From positions 1-64,000 of the forward strand of contig CACZYP010000001.1 in NCBI GenBank assembly GCA_902785425.1: 64,000 nt of DNA, given 5' to 3'. Below, in pieces: positions 38,824 through 49,583 of this stretch (positions are counted from its first letter, which is position 1; every line of letters begins with the position of its first letter). The notes beneath the pieces were generated by a model. That model made no database searches and was not told the origin of the DNA. It saw only the letters and a list, made by a program, of their open reading frames with translations. A program made the position numbers and the translations under genes. The DNA is from an uncultured Ruminococcus sp. (GTDB lineage: Bacteria > Bacillota > Clostridia > Oscillospirales > Acutalibacteraceae).

Positions 38824-39502
38824 TTTTATCCACCTCTAAGATGTAGCCTCTGCCTCGAAGAGCGGAGATCTGAACGTTTGCGTCAAGCGCCGCAAGCTTC
38901 TTTCGCAGATACGAGATATATACCCATACAACGTTTATCTCGGCTTCGCTGTCGTAGCCCCAGATGCGTGTCATGAATGCATCGGTAGAGATAGGCTGCG
39001 ACGGGCTTTTCATGAGCATTTCCATCATCAGAAATTCTTTGCGTGAAAGTCTGATGCCGCCGTTTTTTGTTGAAAGCTCAAAGCTTGTGCGTGAAAGCGT
39101 TACGTTGCCTGCCGTAAGATCGTCGGGTAAGAGCGTTCCCTTGCGGCGTGTGAGCGCACCGACTCGTGCTACAAGCTCGGGCATTGCAAACGGCTTTGCA
39201 AGGTAATCATCGGCGCCCGAATCAAGTCCTTCTACCTTGTCGGAAATTTCCGATTTTGCTGTAAGAAGCAATACAGGCGTATCGATACCCTGACTGCGAA
39301 TTTCTTTCAGAACATCGATACCGTTTTTCTTTGGCATCATCACATCGAGGATTATACCATCGTAAACATTGCCGTCGGCAAGGATAAAATCAAGAGCCTC
39401 CTGCCCGTCGTAAACTGCGTCTACGATATAGTTTTTACGTTTAAGTATTTCCGAAACCGCCTCGCTCATAGCAAGCTCGTCCTCGGCATAAAGTATTTTC
39501 AT
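38816..39502 (-). CDS. OmpR-family response regulator.
   Basis: It has a receiver domain (ILDVMMP) and a winged-helix C-terminus. Confidence 0.9.
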   Translation of the reverse strand: MKILYAEDELAMSEAVSEILKRKNYIVDAVYDGQEALDFILADGNVYDGIILDVMMPKKNGIDVLKEIRSQGIDTPVLLLTAKSEISDKVEGLDSGADDYLAKPFAMPELVARVGALTRRKGTLLPDDLTAGNVTLSRTSFELSTKNGGIRLSRKEFLMMEMLMKSPSQPISTDAFMTRIWGYDSEAEINVVWVYISYLRKKLAALDANVQISALRGRGYILEVDKNA

Positions 39503-39522
39503 GAGTTTTTGTCACCCCGATC

Positions 39523-39652
39523 ATAATTGACAATTGACAGTTGACAATGGACAATTAATGGAGCACTGCGTGCTTGTTTTATAATAATATGGATCAACTC
39601 GCCGAAGGCGAGTTCCTTAATTGTCAATTATCCATTGTCAATTGTCCATTGA
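39523..39652. repeat. Complete family A element with GACAATT-type heptamers at both ends.
   Basis: It reads attgacaattgacagttgacaatggacaatt … aactcgccgaaggcgagttcc ttaattgtcaattatccattgtcaattgtccattg. Confidence 0.85.
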
Positions 39653-39655
39653 AAT

Positions 39656-40324
39656 TCATCTCATCGCTCTTAGCAGATCGAGTGCCCAGACGTCGTCTAT
39701 AATGAAAACTCTGTCCTCGGCGTAGCTTGCTTTTCCGCCGTATTTGTCTTCGATCTCTTCGTATATTTTCTTTGAAACGGGGGAGACGAACGCTTTGCCT
39801 TTTTCGGTGTACATCTCGATGTGCTTTTCACCGTTGCGGTTTGAAAAGAAAGCGGCGGCTATGTTGTCGTCACGAAGCGTCCGCTGTGCTTCCTTTGCGT
39901 AGGCAAGCTTCAGTATCTCGATCATCTTGTCGTCAAGACCGCTGTCGAATATCATGATCTTTTCTCTGAGCGATTCGGGCGACATAACTATCCTGCGGCG
40001 GCAGTTTTCATCTACCTCTTCACCGTTTTCGTCGTCTACTATGTCGTTCTTGCTCGATTTGAAATAGTCGATCGTGTTTTTTACTGACTCATCATCGTAA
40101 ACGAGCCAGATCATATAGCCCTGCTTCGTGTCGTTGTAGAGCAGGGGATAGCCGATCTTTGTTTCTTTGCCGCACTTGGGGCATTTTGCCTTGAAGAGAG
40201 TTCCTTCAAGTATCTTGAGCTTTTGCTGCGGATTCTTTTCGCCGTTTACGGCGGTCCATTGCTCCGCTTCAACGTTTGCATTACATTCGGGACATTTGAA
40301 GTTGACCTTTGAACGCATTGCCAT
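39656..40324 (-). CDS. CpXC domain protein.
   Basis: It has two CPxC motifs (CPECNANV and CPKCGKET) at the N-terminus. Confidence 0.65.
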   Translation of the reverse strand: MAMRSKVNFKCPECNANVEAEQWTAVNGEKNPQQKLKILEGTLFKAKCPKCGKETKIGYPLLYNDTKQGYMIWLVYDDESVKNTIDYFKSSKNDIVDDENGEEVDENCRRRIVMSPESLREKIMIFDSGLDDKMIEILKLAYAKEAQRTLRDDNIAAAFFSNRNGEKHIEMYTEKGKAFVSPVSKKIYEEIEDKYGGKASYAEDRVFIIDDVWALDLLRAMR

Positions 40325-40450
40325 GATATCACCTTCCGATTAAAATCTTATATATATTATAGAATTAAAAGCTTCGGCGGTCAAGAAAAAGTTCTTCATA
40401 AAACAGGGAAAAGCTGCCGATAGACTTTTTTTCTATCAGCAGCTTTTATA

Positions 40451-41593
40451 TCACTCTCCAAAAAGCTCTTTAAGCTTGTTGAAGAAGCCTTTTCTGTCTG
40501 TGTAATTCTTTTCGCTCGACTGTCCGTCGAATTCCTGCAAAAGCTCCTTCTGACGCTTTGAAAGATTCTTCGGAACTTCGATGGTTACTCTTACGTATTC
40601 GTCGCCCTTGCCACGTCCGTTGAGACTCTGTATTCCTCTGCCTTTAAGACGGAATGTGTCGCCGGGCTGTGTGCCTTCTTTAACGGAATACTTAACCTTA
40701 CCGTCAAGCGTGGGCACAACTACCTCTGCACCGAGGCACGCCTGGATAAATGTAAGGGGCAGCGTGCAGTAAACGTCGTTTCCTTTGCGCTCGAAGATGG
40801 GGTGAGGGCGAACTGTGATGTCTATGTAGAGATCGCCCGCAGGACCGTGATTTATGCCTGCATTGCCCTTGCCGCTTACGGAAAGTCTCTGACCCTCGTC
40901 AACGCCTGCCGGAATGTTGAACTCTTCTTCAAGCGTATGGCGGATACGTCCCTTGCCGTCGCATTTCGGGCAGGGGCTTTCAACCGTCTTGCCCTTGCCG
41001 CCGCAGGCGTCGCACGCCTTTGAAGTCTGAACAACGCCGAACGGTGTTCTTGAATTTATCGTAACACGTCCCGTGCCGCCGCAGGAAGAACACGTTTTCG
41101 GAGATGTGCCCTTTCTTGCACCCGAACCGCCGCATTCGTCACAGTTGTCGATGCGCTGGAACGATACTTTCTTCCGGCAGCCTTTTGCAGCTTCTTCAAA
41201 CGAAATGCTGCATATAGTCTCAACATCGGAGCCTCTTCTCGGTGCGTTCGGGTTCGACTGTCTTCTGCCGCCGAAGCCGCCGAAGAAGCTTGAAAAGATA
41301 TCGTCAACGTCAAAGCCGCCCGGATATCCGCCGTAGCCGCCGGCACCGCCTGCGCCGTAGTTCGGGTCAACGCCTGCATGACCGAACTGATCGTAGCGTG
41401 CTTTTTTGTCTTTATCGGAAAGCACCTCGTAAGCTTCGTTTACTTCCTTGAAGCTTTTTTCTGCTTCCTTATCATCGGGGTGCAGATCGGGGTGATACAT
41501 TTTTGCTTTTTTTCTGTATGCTTTTTTTATCTCATCATCGGACGCCGATTTCTCAACGCCCAATACTTCGTAGTAATCTCTCTTGTCAGCCAA
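40451..41593 (-). CDS. dnaJ: Molecular chaperone DnaJ.
   Basis: It has a J-domain with HPD, a G/F region and 4x CxxCxGxG. Confidence 0.95.
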   Translation of the reverse strand: MADKRDYYEVLGVEKSASDDEIKKAYRKKAKMYHPDLHPDDKEAEKSFKEVNEAYEVLSDKDKKARYDQFGHAGVDPNYGAGGAGGYGGYPGGFDVDDIFSSFFGGFGGRRQSNPNAPRRGSDVETICSISFEEAAKGCRKKVSFQRIDNCDECGGSGARKGTSPKTCSSCGGTGRVTINSRTPFGVVQTSKACDACGGKGKTVESPCPKCDGKGRIRHTLEEEFNIPAGVDEGQRLSVSGKGNAGINHGPAGDLYIDITVRPHPIFERKGNDVYCTLPLTFIQACLGAEVVVPTLDGKVKYSVKEGTQPGDTFRLKGRGIQSLNGRGKGDEYVRVTIEVPKNLSKRQKELLQEFDGQSSEKNYTDRKGFFNKLKELFGE

Positions 41594-41725
41594 GATAATT
41601 CCCTCCCGTATGTAATGCGGTACATTTCTTTACTTTAAAACTAAAAAGAATTATTAGTTTCAGTCTGTCAATAAAATTTTTTCATGGCCTTGGAGCGGCG
41701 ATGAAAACTAATGCGTTTGGTAACT

Positions 41726-41890
41726 TAGGGGCATTTTCTGCCAAAATGCCCCTCTTTCCAAAACAGTCCGCCGGACTGTTTTGGAAATTCACCCCTAAAA
41801 GGGCGTGAACATGCCTCCGGCGGGCAAGGGCGCTGCCCTTGCAACCAGCCCGCTTTTTGAAAAAAGCGGGGCAAAAACTTTACGCTATAA
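41726..41890. repeat. Family B repeat, copy B4, between dnaK and dnaJ.
   Basis: It contains gggcattttctgccaaaatgcccc, ccaaaacagtccgccggactgttttgg and gctttttgaaaaaagcggggcaaaaac. Confidence 0.75.
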
Positions 41891-42037
41891 TCTTTCTTTG
41901 CTTTTTCGACAAACTGAAAATGATTATTCCTTTATATTTACACTCAATAAGATATTCTAAACGATTTTAGCATGAAATGCAAGTGCCTTGAATGCAAATA
42001 TAAAAAAATAATTTCCGATCTCTTTTTCTGCATTCAC

Positions 42038-42065
42038 AGGGGACGCTTTTATACAAGCGTCCCCT
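42038..42065. other. Hairpin aggggacgc-ttttatacaa-gcgtcccct just downstream of dnaK with no U-tract. It may be a processing or attenuation site.
   Basis: It is visible. Confidence 0.35.
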
Positions 42066-42088
42066 GCGGACAAAATGTCAATTATTTA

Positions 42089-43933
42089 TCAGTCAACGTC
42101 CTTAAAATCTGCGTCGTAAACGTTGCCGCCGTCTTCTGCTGCTGCGCCTGCTGCACCGGGAGCGCCTGCGGGCTGTGCGTCGTTAGCCTGAGCTGCTGCT
42201 GCGCCTGCCTGATAGAGCTTTGTGGAAACGCCCTGAACTGTCTTTTCGAGGTCTTCTCTTGCAGCCTTGATCTTGTCGATATCATCGGACTTGATAGCGT
42301 CTCTTACGTTAGCTGCCTTTGTCTCCATCTCTGTCTTATCGGAAGCGTCGATCTTGTCGCCGTTCTCCTTGATGAGCTTTTCTGCAGCGTAAGCCATGTT
42401 CTCTGCTGCGTTCTTCTCGTCAACAGTCTCTCTGCGCTTCTTGTCTTCTGCTGCGTACTTCTCAGCCTCTGCGACAGCCTTGTCGATGTCGTCCTTGCTC
42501 ATGTGTGTGTCGGACTTGATAGTAACCTTCTGCTCCTTGCCTGTGCCGAGATCCTTAGCGGATACGTTAACGATACCGTTGGAGTCGATGTCGAATGTTA
42601 CTTCGATCTGCGGGATTCCTCTCGGAGCCGGAGCAATACCGGAGAGAATGAAGTCGCCGAGCTTCTTGTTGTCTCTTGCGAACTCACGCTCACCCTGGAG
42701 CACGTTAATCTCAACCTGCGGCTGATTGTCTGCTGCTGTGGAGAAGATCTGGCTCTTCTTTGTCGGGATAGTTGTATTTCTCTCGATGATCTTTGTCATG
42801 ATGCCGCCCATTGTCTCAACGCCGAGTGAAAGCGGAGTTACGTCGAGAAGGAGAAGACCCTCAACTTCACCGCCGAGAACGCCTGCCTGGATAGCTGCGC
42901 CGATAGCAACGCACTCATCGGGGTTGATGCCCTTGAACGGCTCTTTGCCGATGAAGTTCTTTACAGCGTTGATAACTGCGGGGATTCTTGAAGAACCGCC
43001 TACCATGAGGACTTTGTCGATGTCGTTGATGGAAAGCTTACTGTCGTTGAGTGCGCTCTTAACGGGACCCATCGTCTTCTCAACGAGGTCAGCTGTAAGC
43101 TCGTCAAACTTAGCTCTTGTGAGTGTGAGGTCAAGGTGCATCGGGCCGTTTTCGTCCTGCCAGATGAACGGAATGTTGATAGATGTGCTTGTAACGCCGG
43201 AAAGGTCGATTTTTGCCTTCTCTGCGGACTCTTTAAGGCGCTGCATAGTTGTCTTGTCCTTGCTGAGGTCAACGCCGTTCTCTTTCTTGAACTCTGCGAT
43301 CATCCAGTCGATGATCCTCTGGTCGAAGTCGTCGCCGCCGAGACGGTTGTTACCTGCTGTTGCAAGAACTTCCTGAACGCCGTCGCCCATCTCGATGATA
43401 GATACGTCGAACGTACCGCCGCCGAGGTCATATACCATTACCTTCTGATCGTCTTCCTTGTCGATACCGTAGGAAAGAGCTGCTGCCGTAGGCTCGTTGA
43501 TGATTCTCTTTACATCAAGGCCTGCGATCTGACCTGCGTTCTTTGTAGCCTGACGCTGTGAGTCTGTGAAGTATGCGGGAACTGTGATAACAGCCTGAGT
43601 AACAGTCTCGCCGAGGTAAGCCTCTGCGTCTGCCTTGAGCTTCTGAAGGATCATTGCGGAGATCTGCTCCGGAGTGTAGCTCTTGTCGTCGATAGTTACT
43701 TTGTAGCTTGTGCCCATCTCTCTTTTGATGGAGCTTACCGTCTTTGCGGGGTTGGAAACTGCCTGACGCTTAGCGATCTGACCTACAAGGCGCTCGCCTG
43801 TCTTGGAAAAGCCTACTACGGACGGAGTTGTTCTTGCACCCTCTGCGTTAGCGATAACGACCGGCTCGCCGCCTTCGATTACTGCTACGCATGAATTTGT
43901 TGTACCAAGATCTATACCTATTGTCTTTGCCAT
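42089..43933 (-). CDS. dnaK: Molecular chaperone DnaK.
   Basis: It has Hsp70 signatures ([16 protein letters not shown]). Confidence 0.97.
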   Translation of the reverse strand: MAKTIGIDLGTTNSCVAVIEGGEPVVIANAEGARTTPSVVGFSKTGERLVGQIAKRQAVSNPAKTVSSIKREMGTSYKVTIDDKSYTPEQISAMILQKLKADAEAYLGETVTQAVITVPAYFTDSQRQATKNAGQIAGLDVKRIINEPTAAALSYGIDKEDDQKVMVYDLGGGTFDVSIIEMGDGVQEVLATAGNNRLGGDDFDQRIIDWMIAEFKKENGVDLSKDKTTMQRLKESAEKAKIDLSGVTSTSINIPFIWQDENGPMHLDLTLTRAKFDELTADLVEKTMGPVKSALNDSKLSINDIDKVLMVGGSSRIPAVINAVKNFIGKEPFKGINPDECVAIGAAIQAGVLGGEVEGLLLLDVTPLSLGVETMGGIMTKIIERNTTIPTKKSQIFSTAADNQPQVEINVLQGEREFARDNKKLGDFILSGIAPAPRGIPQIEVTFDIDSNGIVNVSAKDLGTGKEQKVTIKSDTHMSKDDIDKAVAEAEKYAAEDKKRRETVDEKNAAENMAYAAEKLIKENGDKIDASDKTEMETKAANVRDAIKSDDIDKIKAAREDLEKTVQGVSTKLYQAGAAAAQANDAQPAGAPGAAGAAAEDGGNVYDADFKDVD

Positions 43934-44013
43934 GATAAATTTCTCCTTTTTCTTTAATCGTATTGTTTATATTATTTTTAATTTGTTTTCATGTATCGAA
44001 TTTCAATCTTCAA

Positions 44014-44616
44014 TTAGTTGACTGTCTGAACCATTGCGTGGCGAATGATCTTATCGCCGACTTTGTAGCCTTTCTGATAGACCATAGCGATCGTATCGGA
44101 TTCAAGCTCGTCATTGTCAACGCTTGAGATAGCATTGTGGAACTCCGGATCAAACGGCTCGCCGACCTCACCGAAGCTCTCGATGTTGAGCTTCTCGAAT
44201 GACTTTGCAAGCTGCGAAGCGATCATTTCAAGACCCTTGCGGAACTCTTCGGGAGCGTTCTTTGAAGCTTCCAAAGCTCTGTCGATATTGTCTGCGATCG
44301 GAATGATCTCGTTTATCGTATCGGAAACGGCGTTTGCATAAATGCCTGCCTTTTCACGCTCGGAGCGTGCTCTGAAATTTGCGTACTCGGCAGCTGTTCT
44401 CAGAAGCTTATCCTTTTCTGCGGCAAGTGCTTTTTCAAGCTCAGCCGTTTTGTCGTCGGCTTTTTCTTCCGCTTTCTCTTCTGTTTTCTCTTCTGCTTTC
44501 TCTTCTGCGGGAGCTTCTTTAACTTCCGCTTCCTCGGCAGCTTCTTCTGCTTTTTCCTCTGCTGCCTCGGCTGTCTTTACTTCTTCTTCCGTTTTCTTTT
44601 CTTTGTTCTTACCCAT
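44014..44616 (-). CDS. grpE: Nucleotide exchange factor GrpE.
   Basis: It has a GrpE C-terminal domain, and its N-terminus is rich in Glu, Lys and Ala. Confidence 0.9.
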   Translation of the reverse strand: MGKNKEKKTEEEVKTAEAAEEKAEEAAEEAEVKEAPAEEKAEEKTEEKAEEKADDKTAELEKALAAEKDKLLRTAAEYANFRARSEREKAGIYANAVSDTINEIIPIADNIDRALEASKNAPEEFRKGLEMIASQLAKSFEKLNIESFGEVGEPFDPEFHNAISSVDNDELESDTIAMVYQKGYKVGDKIIRHAMVQTVN

Positions 44617-44632
44617 CTATATCGATCCTTTC

Positions 44633-45661
44633 CTATTCGATCATCAGTATCTCTCTGAGCAGCCTGCCGGAGCATTCCGCAACGTATTGAAGCACCGCCG
44701 AAGCGTAAGCGTAGTCATATCTCATCGGAACTATCGCCGTTATGAATCCGCCGCTCGTCGGTTCGATCGTGTACGGTTCTGCTATGAAGCTGTGGTCTGC
44801 AAGAGCTTCGTTTCCCGTTTCGCTGCCTATCAGGATATTCTTTCCCGTGCGCAGCCTCAGCAAAAGTGTTTCGAGCTGTTCGTCCGAATGAAGAAGCTGA
44901 GTTAATGCTCTCATCCCCAAAACATCATCTTCACGGTCAAGCAGCGCCGTTCTTCCCGTTACCGTCATGCTGAATCCGCCGACCTCTCTGCAGGCGTCCA
45001 TTATGGCTGAAAGAACGCTCGGAACGAGCATTGCGATCTCACCTAAGCTGACAGCCTGAGTCTGAATGTAAGCCGGAGTTACGCTTTTAACGGGTAAACC
45101 TTCCATTTCTCGGTTGAATATCGTTTCATATATATTCACGATATCGGGCGTTATTACATAGTCGCACTTGAACAGCTTCGTTTTTATTAACCCCGTAGAC
45201 GTTATCAGAACCACCATGCACGTCTGTCTGCCTGTCTGAACGAAGCGCAGCGTTCGTATCCTGGCGTTTTCCGAAAACGGTGTAGTGGTCACACAGACCG
45301 TTTCAAGAAGCTCCGAGGCGACCTCGCCTGCTGCGGATAAAAGCTTTTCGGGATCGTCGCCCTTTGAACTCAGCTCGTTTAAGATCAGCGCTTTAGTGCT
45401 GCCCGAGAGCGTTTTTTTGTCCATAAGATGTTCAACGTAATACCGAAAGCCGTCTTCCGAAGGCTGTCTGCCTGCCGAGGTGTGAGGCTGTGTGAGAAGA
45501 CCCATCTCCGAAAGCTCCGCCATTTCATTTCGTATCGTTGCGGAAGAAACGGGAAAGCCGAGAGTGTTTACAAGCAGTTTTGAGCCAACAGGCTCGCCGC
45601 TTTTTACATATTCTTCGACGATCGCCTTGAGGATCTTGCGTTTCCTCTCTTTCGTCTGCAT
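44633..45661 (-). CDS. hrcA: Heat-inducible transcription repressor HrcA.
   Basis: It has an HrcA winged-helix N-terminus (ILKAIVEEYV), and AGGTGAG serves as its RBS. Confidence 0.9.
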   Translation of the reverse strand: MQTKERKRKILKAIVEEYVKSGEPVGSKLLVNTLGFPVSSATIRNEMAELSEMGLLTQPHTSAGRQPSEDGFRYYVEHLMDKKTLSGSTKALILNELSSKGDDPEKLLSAAGEVASELLETVCVTTTPFSENARIRTLRFVQTGRQTCMVVLITSTGLIKTKLFKCDYVITPDIVNIYETIFNREMEGLPVKSVTPAYIQTQAVSLGEIAMLVPSVLSAIMDACREVGGFSMTVTGRTALLDREDDVLGMRALTQLLHSDEQLETLLLRLRTGKNILIGSETGNEALADHSFIAEPYTIEPTSGGFITAIVPMRYDYAYASAVLQYVAECSGRLLREILMIE

Positions 45662-45681
45662 CTGCTCACCTCGCTTTTGAA

Positions 45682-45708
45682 TTAGCACTCTGTTGCGCTG
45701 AGTGCTAA
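45682..45708. promoter_or_regulatory. CIRCE operator with a perfect TTAGCACTC-N9-GAGTGCTAA, placed between the promoter and the hrcA start.
   Basis: It reads ttagcactctgttgcgctgagtgctaa. Confidence 0.92.
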
Positions 45709-45718
45709 TCTACTTTTA

Positions 45719-45746
45719 ATTATACATTTATACTGCGATTTGTCAA
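45719..45746 (-). promoter_or_regulatory. hrcA operon promoter TTGACA-16-TATAAT.
   Basis: The reverse complement reads ttgacaaatcgcagtataaatgtataat. Confidence 0.65.
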
Positions 45747-45782
45747 GGGATTTATTCAAGAAATTTATTAATTATTTGTAAA

Positions 45783-45809
45783 AAAGCACTTAGCGCCGGT
45801 AAGTGCTAA
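45783..45809. promoter_or_regulatory. Second, degenerate CIRCE-like palindrome upstream of the -35.
   Basis: It reads aaagcactt-agcgccggt-aagtgctaa. Confidence 0.5.
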
Positions 45810-45821
45810 GCCCTTATAAAT

Positions 45822-45972
45822 AAATGGAAAATTGAAAATGGAAAATGGAAAATTGCAGAGTCGCTCCGCTTCTGATTTTATAAGTGTGGAGTGTGGATCT
45901 TAGATAGCTAATACAAATCAACTCGGCTAAGCCTGTTCCTCAATTTTCTATTTTCCACTTTCAATTTTATTT
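45822..45972. repeat. Complete family A element with GAAAAT-type heptamers at both ends.
   Basis: It reads aaatggaaaattgaaaatggaaaatggaaaattgcagagtcgctccgcttctg … caattttctattttccactttcaatttt. Confidence 0.85.
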
Positions 45973-46109
45973 TGTCGTTGGTTCATTAAATTTATGTTGA
46001 TTCGGAATGTTTTTGTGTTTATGTGCGTATTGAAAACACCGGACGGGAGTAGTATAATAGTTTTGCTTGAAGGAAAAGCATATATAAAAAAGAAAAGAGA
46101 TTGTGTAAA

Positions 46110-47414
46110 ATGGATTTTGAAGTTATGAGGATCGTTTATTATCTGGCGATCATTCTGTTTGCAACGAAGCTGCTCGGCATGGGTACACGAAAGCTCGGTC
46201 TGCCGCAGGTAGTGGGCATGGTCATAGCAGGATTGCTTATAGGCCCTGCGATATTTTCACAGCTTCCCGGAAGCTTTAACGGCATTATTGCGCCTACGGA
46301 AGTGGAAATGGACGTGCTTAAAACGTTTTCGCAGATCGGCGTTATACTTATCCTGTTTTCAAGCGGACTTGAAACAGATCTCAAAGACCTCAAAACAAGC
46401 GGCTTTGCTTCAACGATGATCGCTTTGTGCGGTGTGGTTGTTCCGCTTGCTTTAGGAACGCTTATGGCTGCGCTGTTTATGGGCGGTATCTCCGAAACAT
46501 TCAACAATACCGATAAACTGATGAACGCTCTCTTTATCGGCTGCATACTGACTGCAACGAGCGTCGGCATCACGGTCGAAACGCTCAGGGAACTTGGAAA
46601 GCTTAACACAAAACTCGGAACAACAATACTCAGCGCCGCTATCATCGACGATGTTATGGGCATTATCGTTCTGAGCCTTATCACTTCGCTCAAAGGCGGC
46701 GGAAACCCGGCGTTCACTCTGCTGAAAGCTGCATTGTTCTTCCTGTTCTCCATAGGTCTTGGCGTTGTGCTTCGTATCATATTCAAATGGATAGAGGCAA
46801 AATATCCCCACAAGAGAAGAACAGGCATATTCGCTCTTTCCATGTGTTTTATCTACGCTTTCTGTGCCGAAACATTCTTCGGTATCGCCGCTATCACGGG
46901 TGCATATATGGCAGGCGTTATGCTCAGCGGACTGAGTGATACGAAATTCGTCGATAAAAAAGTCCTTGTCAACGGCTATATGATCTTCTCGCCGATATTC
47001 TTTGCATTTATCGGTATAAGCGCAGATTTCAGCAACTTCAAGCCCGATGATTTTATTTTTGCGGCAGCTTTTGCGATCGTCGGTATTGCGGCTAAGATCA
47101 TCGGCTGCGGCGGTATCGCAAGGATACTCGGTTTCAAGGGCAAGGAAGCGGCTGCTGTCGGCTGCGGAATGATAGCAAGAGGCGAGGTCGCACTTGCCGT
47201 TTACTCAACTGCGGCATGGCTCATCTGCTTTGAAAACGGCAAGCTTACGGGTATTGATCCTCTTTTTGCAACGATCGTTCTGATAATCTCAACGTCGATA
47301 CTCTGCCCCGTTTTCCTGAAAATACTTCTCAAAGATCACTCCGACACCGAACACGGCAGTACCGTCAAAGCCGAAGACTACGTTTCGGTTAGTGCGGCAA
47401 TGAGCGAGAACTGA
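46110..47414 (+). CDS. Cation:proton antiporter (CPA2 / Na+/H+ exchanger family).
   Basis: It is a roughly 12-TM protein with an N-terminus typical of Na_H_Exchanger proteins. Confidence 0.8.
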   Translation: MDFEVMRIVYYLAIILFATKLLGMGTRKLGLPQVVGMVIAGLLIGPAIFSQLPGSFNGIIAPTEVEMDVLKTFSQIGVILILFSSGLETDLKDLKTSGFASTMIALCGVVVPLALGTLMAALFMGGISETFNNTDKLMNALFIGCILTATSVGITVETLRELGKLNTKLGTTILSAAIIDDVMGIIVLSLITSLKGGGNPAFTLLKAALFFLFSIGLGVVLRIIFKWIEAKYPHKRRTGIFALSMCFIYAFCAETFFGIAAITGAYMAGVMLSGLSDTKFVDKKVLVNGYMIFSPIFFAFIGISADFSNFKPDDFIFAAAFAIVGIAAKIIGCGGIARILGFKGKEAAAVGCGMIARGEVALAVYSTAAWLICFENGKLTGIDPLFATIVLIISTSILCPVFLKILLKDHSDTEHGSTVKAEDYVSVSAAMSEN

Positions 47415-47420
47415 TCTTTT

Positions 47421-47582
47421 AATGTGGAAAGTGGAGTGTGGAATGAAGAAGTCGCTTCGCTCTTAGATTATTAAAACTGACTGCATATTTCTCGGCAGAA
47501 AATTGGTTGTAGTTTTTCAAGAACTGATATAGATTCAACTCGCCGCAGGCGAGTTCCGAAATTTTCCATTTTCAATTTTCCT
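47421..47582. repeat. Complete family A element. Its left end is GTGGAAA-type and its right end is an inverted GAAAAT-type.
   Basis: It reads aatgtggaaagtggagtgtggaatgaagaagtcgcttcgctc … caactcgccgcaggcgagttccgaaattttccattttcaattttcc. Confidence 0.85.
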
Positions 47583-47693
47583 CGTTCTGCATTTAATGAA
47601 AATCTATTGCAAATAAAAATTTTTGTGCTATAATAAATTTCGTACTGTATTGTATCCGGCGCTGATGCCGGAATGATAACAAGGAGGATAAAA

Positions 47694-48365
47694 ATGAATA
47701 GTAAGAAGAAAGATATCCGTTGGATGGTAAGTGTTGCACTTATGGCGGCGATCATCGTGCTTTTGGCTAATACGCCTCTCGGTATGATACAGCTGCCTGT
47801 GATCAAGGCGACAACCGTACACATTCCCGTGATCATCGGCGCAGTGCTTCTCGGACCTCTTGCAGGTGCGATCCTCGGCGCAACGTTCGGCATCTGCTCC
47901 ATCGTGAGCAATACGATGACGCCTACACTGCTGTCGTTCGCATTTTCTCCGTTCCTCAGCACAACAGGTCCCGTAGGAGCTTTAAAGGCTCTGTGGATCG
48001 CTGTAGGCTGCCGTATCCTTATCGGTGTTGCAGCAGGCTGGCTGTGGATCCTTCTCAAAAAGGTAAAGGTCCCTGCTCCCGTAGGTCTTGCAATAACAGG
48101 CTTTGCAGGCTCTATGGTGAACACAATTTGCGTTATGGGAAGCATATACTTCCTGTTCGCTCAGCAGTATGCAGAGGCTAAGGAAGTAGCTCTTTCAGCT
48201 GTTTTCGGCCTTGTAATGACTACTGTTACGGCGTCGGGTATCCCCGAGGCGATAGCTGCTGCTGTTCTTGTGGACGTTATCGGTTTTGCACTTCTTAAGG
48301 CAATGCCTCAGATAATGCCCGAAAAGAAGAGCGACAGCGAGATCGTTCAGGCAGAAGCGAAATAA
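47694..48365 (+). CDS. ECF transporter S component, likely for pantothenate given the adjacent coaX.
   Basis: It is a 6-TM small integral membrane protein with an RBS AAGGAGG. Confidence 0.6.
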   Translation: MNSKKKDIRWMVSVALMAAIIVLLANTPLGMIQLPVIKATTVHIPVIIGAVLLGPLAGAILGATFGICSIVSNTMTPTLLSFAFSPFLSTTGPVGALKALWIAVGCRILIGVAAGWLWILLKKVKVPAPVGLAITGFAGSMVNTICVMGSIYFLFAQQYAEAKEVALSAVFGLVMTTVTASGIPEAIAAAVLVDVIGFALLKAMPQIMPEKKSDSEIVQAEAK

Positions 48366-48382
48366 AACGGGAGCATTCGGAT

Positions 48383-49150
48383 ATGGTCATAGCGGTTGAT
48401 ATAGGAAATTCAAACATAGTGATAGGCTGCTTTGAAGATGAAAAGGTTCTTTTTATCGAGCGCCTTTCGACAAATCAGCAGTGTACGTCGCTTGAATATG
48501 TTATCTCTGTCAAGAATATCATGGAGATAAACGGCATTGAGCTGTCTGCGATAGAGGGCTGCATAATCTCGTCCGTTGTGCCGAGCGTTACCGAAACGGT
48601 AAAGACGGCGCTCGAAAGGCTTACTCATACAAAAGTAATGATCGTAGGCCCCGGTATAAAGACGGGTCTAAAGATAATGCTCGATAATCCCGTTCAGCTC
48701 GGAAGCGACAGAGTTGCAGACGCTGTGGCGGCAGTGAACCTTTATCCCACGCCGCTTATTATAATAGATATGGGAACAGCTACGACCGTTTCCGTTATCG
48801 ACAAGGATAAGAACTACCTCGGCGGAATGATAATCCCCGGTCTTCGTGTGTCGCTCGATTCGCTTACGATGAGAACGTCGCAGCTTCCCAAGATAGGCAT
48901 CGAGCCGCCGAAAAGAGTTATCGGCGCCAATACTATAGACTGTATGAAGAGCGGTATCGTTTACTATTCCGCAGCAGGCATAGACGGCGTTATCGACCGT
49001 ATCGAAGAAACTCTTCAAAGCAAGTGCACCGTAGTTTCAACAGGCGGCCTTGCAAACAAGATCATACCCCACTGCAGGCGTGAGATCACAATTGACGAAC
49101 AGCTTTTGCTAAAGGGTCTGATGATAATTTACAATAAGAATAAAAGATAA
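48383..49150 (+). CDS. coaX: Type III pantothenate kinase.
   Basis: Its N-terminus reads MVIAVDIGNSNIV, with a second motif GGMIIPG. Confidence 0.92.
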   Translation: MVIAVDIGNSNIVIGCFEDEKVLFIERLSTNQQCTSLEYVISVKNIMEINGIELSAIEGCIISSVVPSVTETVKTALERLTHTKVMIVGPGIKTGLKIMLDNPVQLGSDRVADAVAAVNLYPTPLIIIDMGTATTVSVIDKDKNYLGGMIIPGLRVSLDSLTMRTSQLPKIGIEPPKRVIGANTIDCMKSGIVYYSAAGIDGVIDRIEETLQSKCTVVSTGGLANKIIPHCRREITIDEQLLLKGLMIIYNKNKR

Positions 49151-49583
49151 TTCATCATAAAACAAAACAGTACAGATAAATATATTATTTCAAAGAAAAA
49201 GCGCTTGTGATATCCGAAATCATGAGCGCTTTGTTGTCATTTTTAGGGCGGTTTATTGCCGGTTGAGCAATATGACAAAATCGCACAACGCTTATTGGTC
49301 AAAATGACAGATAAAGTTACAATGCACATTAATGGACAAAAACGGTAAAATGTGTACAAAATCAATTAAAATGCTATTACAGAAATAACATTGTTTTTAT
49401 TTTTTGAAAGATATAGCCCCGTGAAAATAACAGCGAGATTACCTGTGGTGAAACTTTTGTCATATTTAGCAATATGCTTTTATTATTGCACTTTTTATGT
49501 TATAATTAACCGTATCTAAATTAGTATGGTGTATTATGCAAAGTGCGTACAGGTGAAATCCTGGGGCACAAGATGGGGTTATT

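Noticed and set aside
42038-42065. Hairpin after dnaK considered as a terminator splitting the dnaK-dnaJ operon.
   Set aside because: No U-tract follows on either strand, and dnaK-dnaJ are normally co-transcribed, so it is kept only as a possible processing or attenuation structure.
41972-42829. 285-aa Cys-rich plus-strand ORF.
   Set aside because: It lies entirely antisense to dnaK, and its composition is a mirror artefact of the dnaK codon bias.
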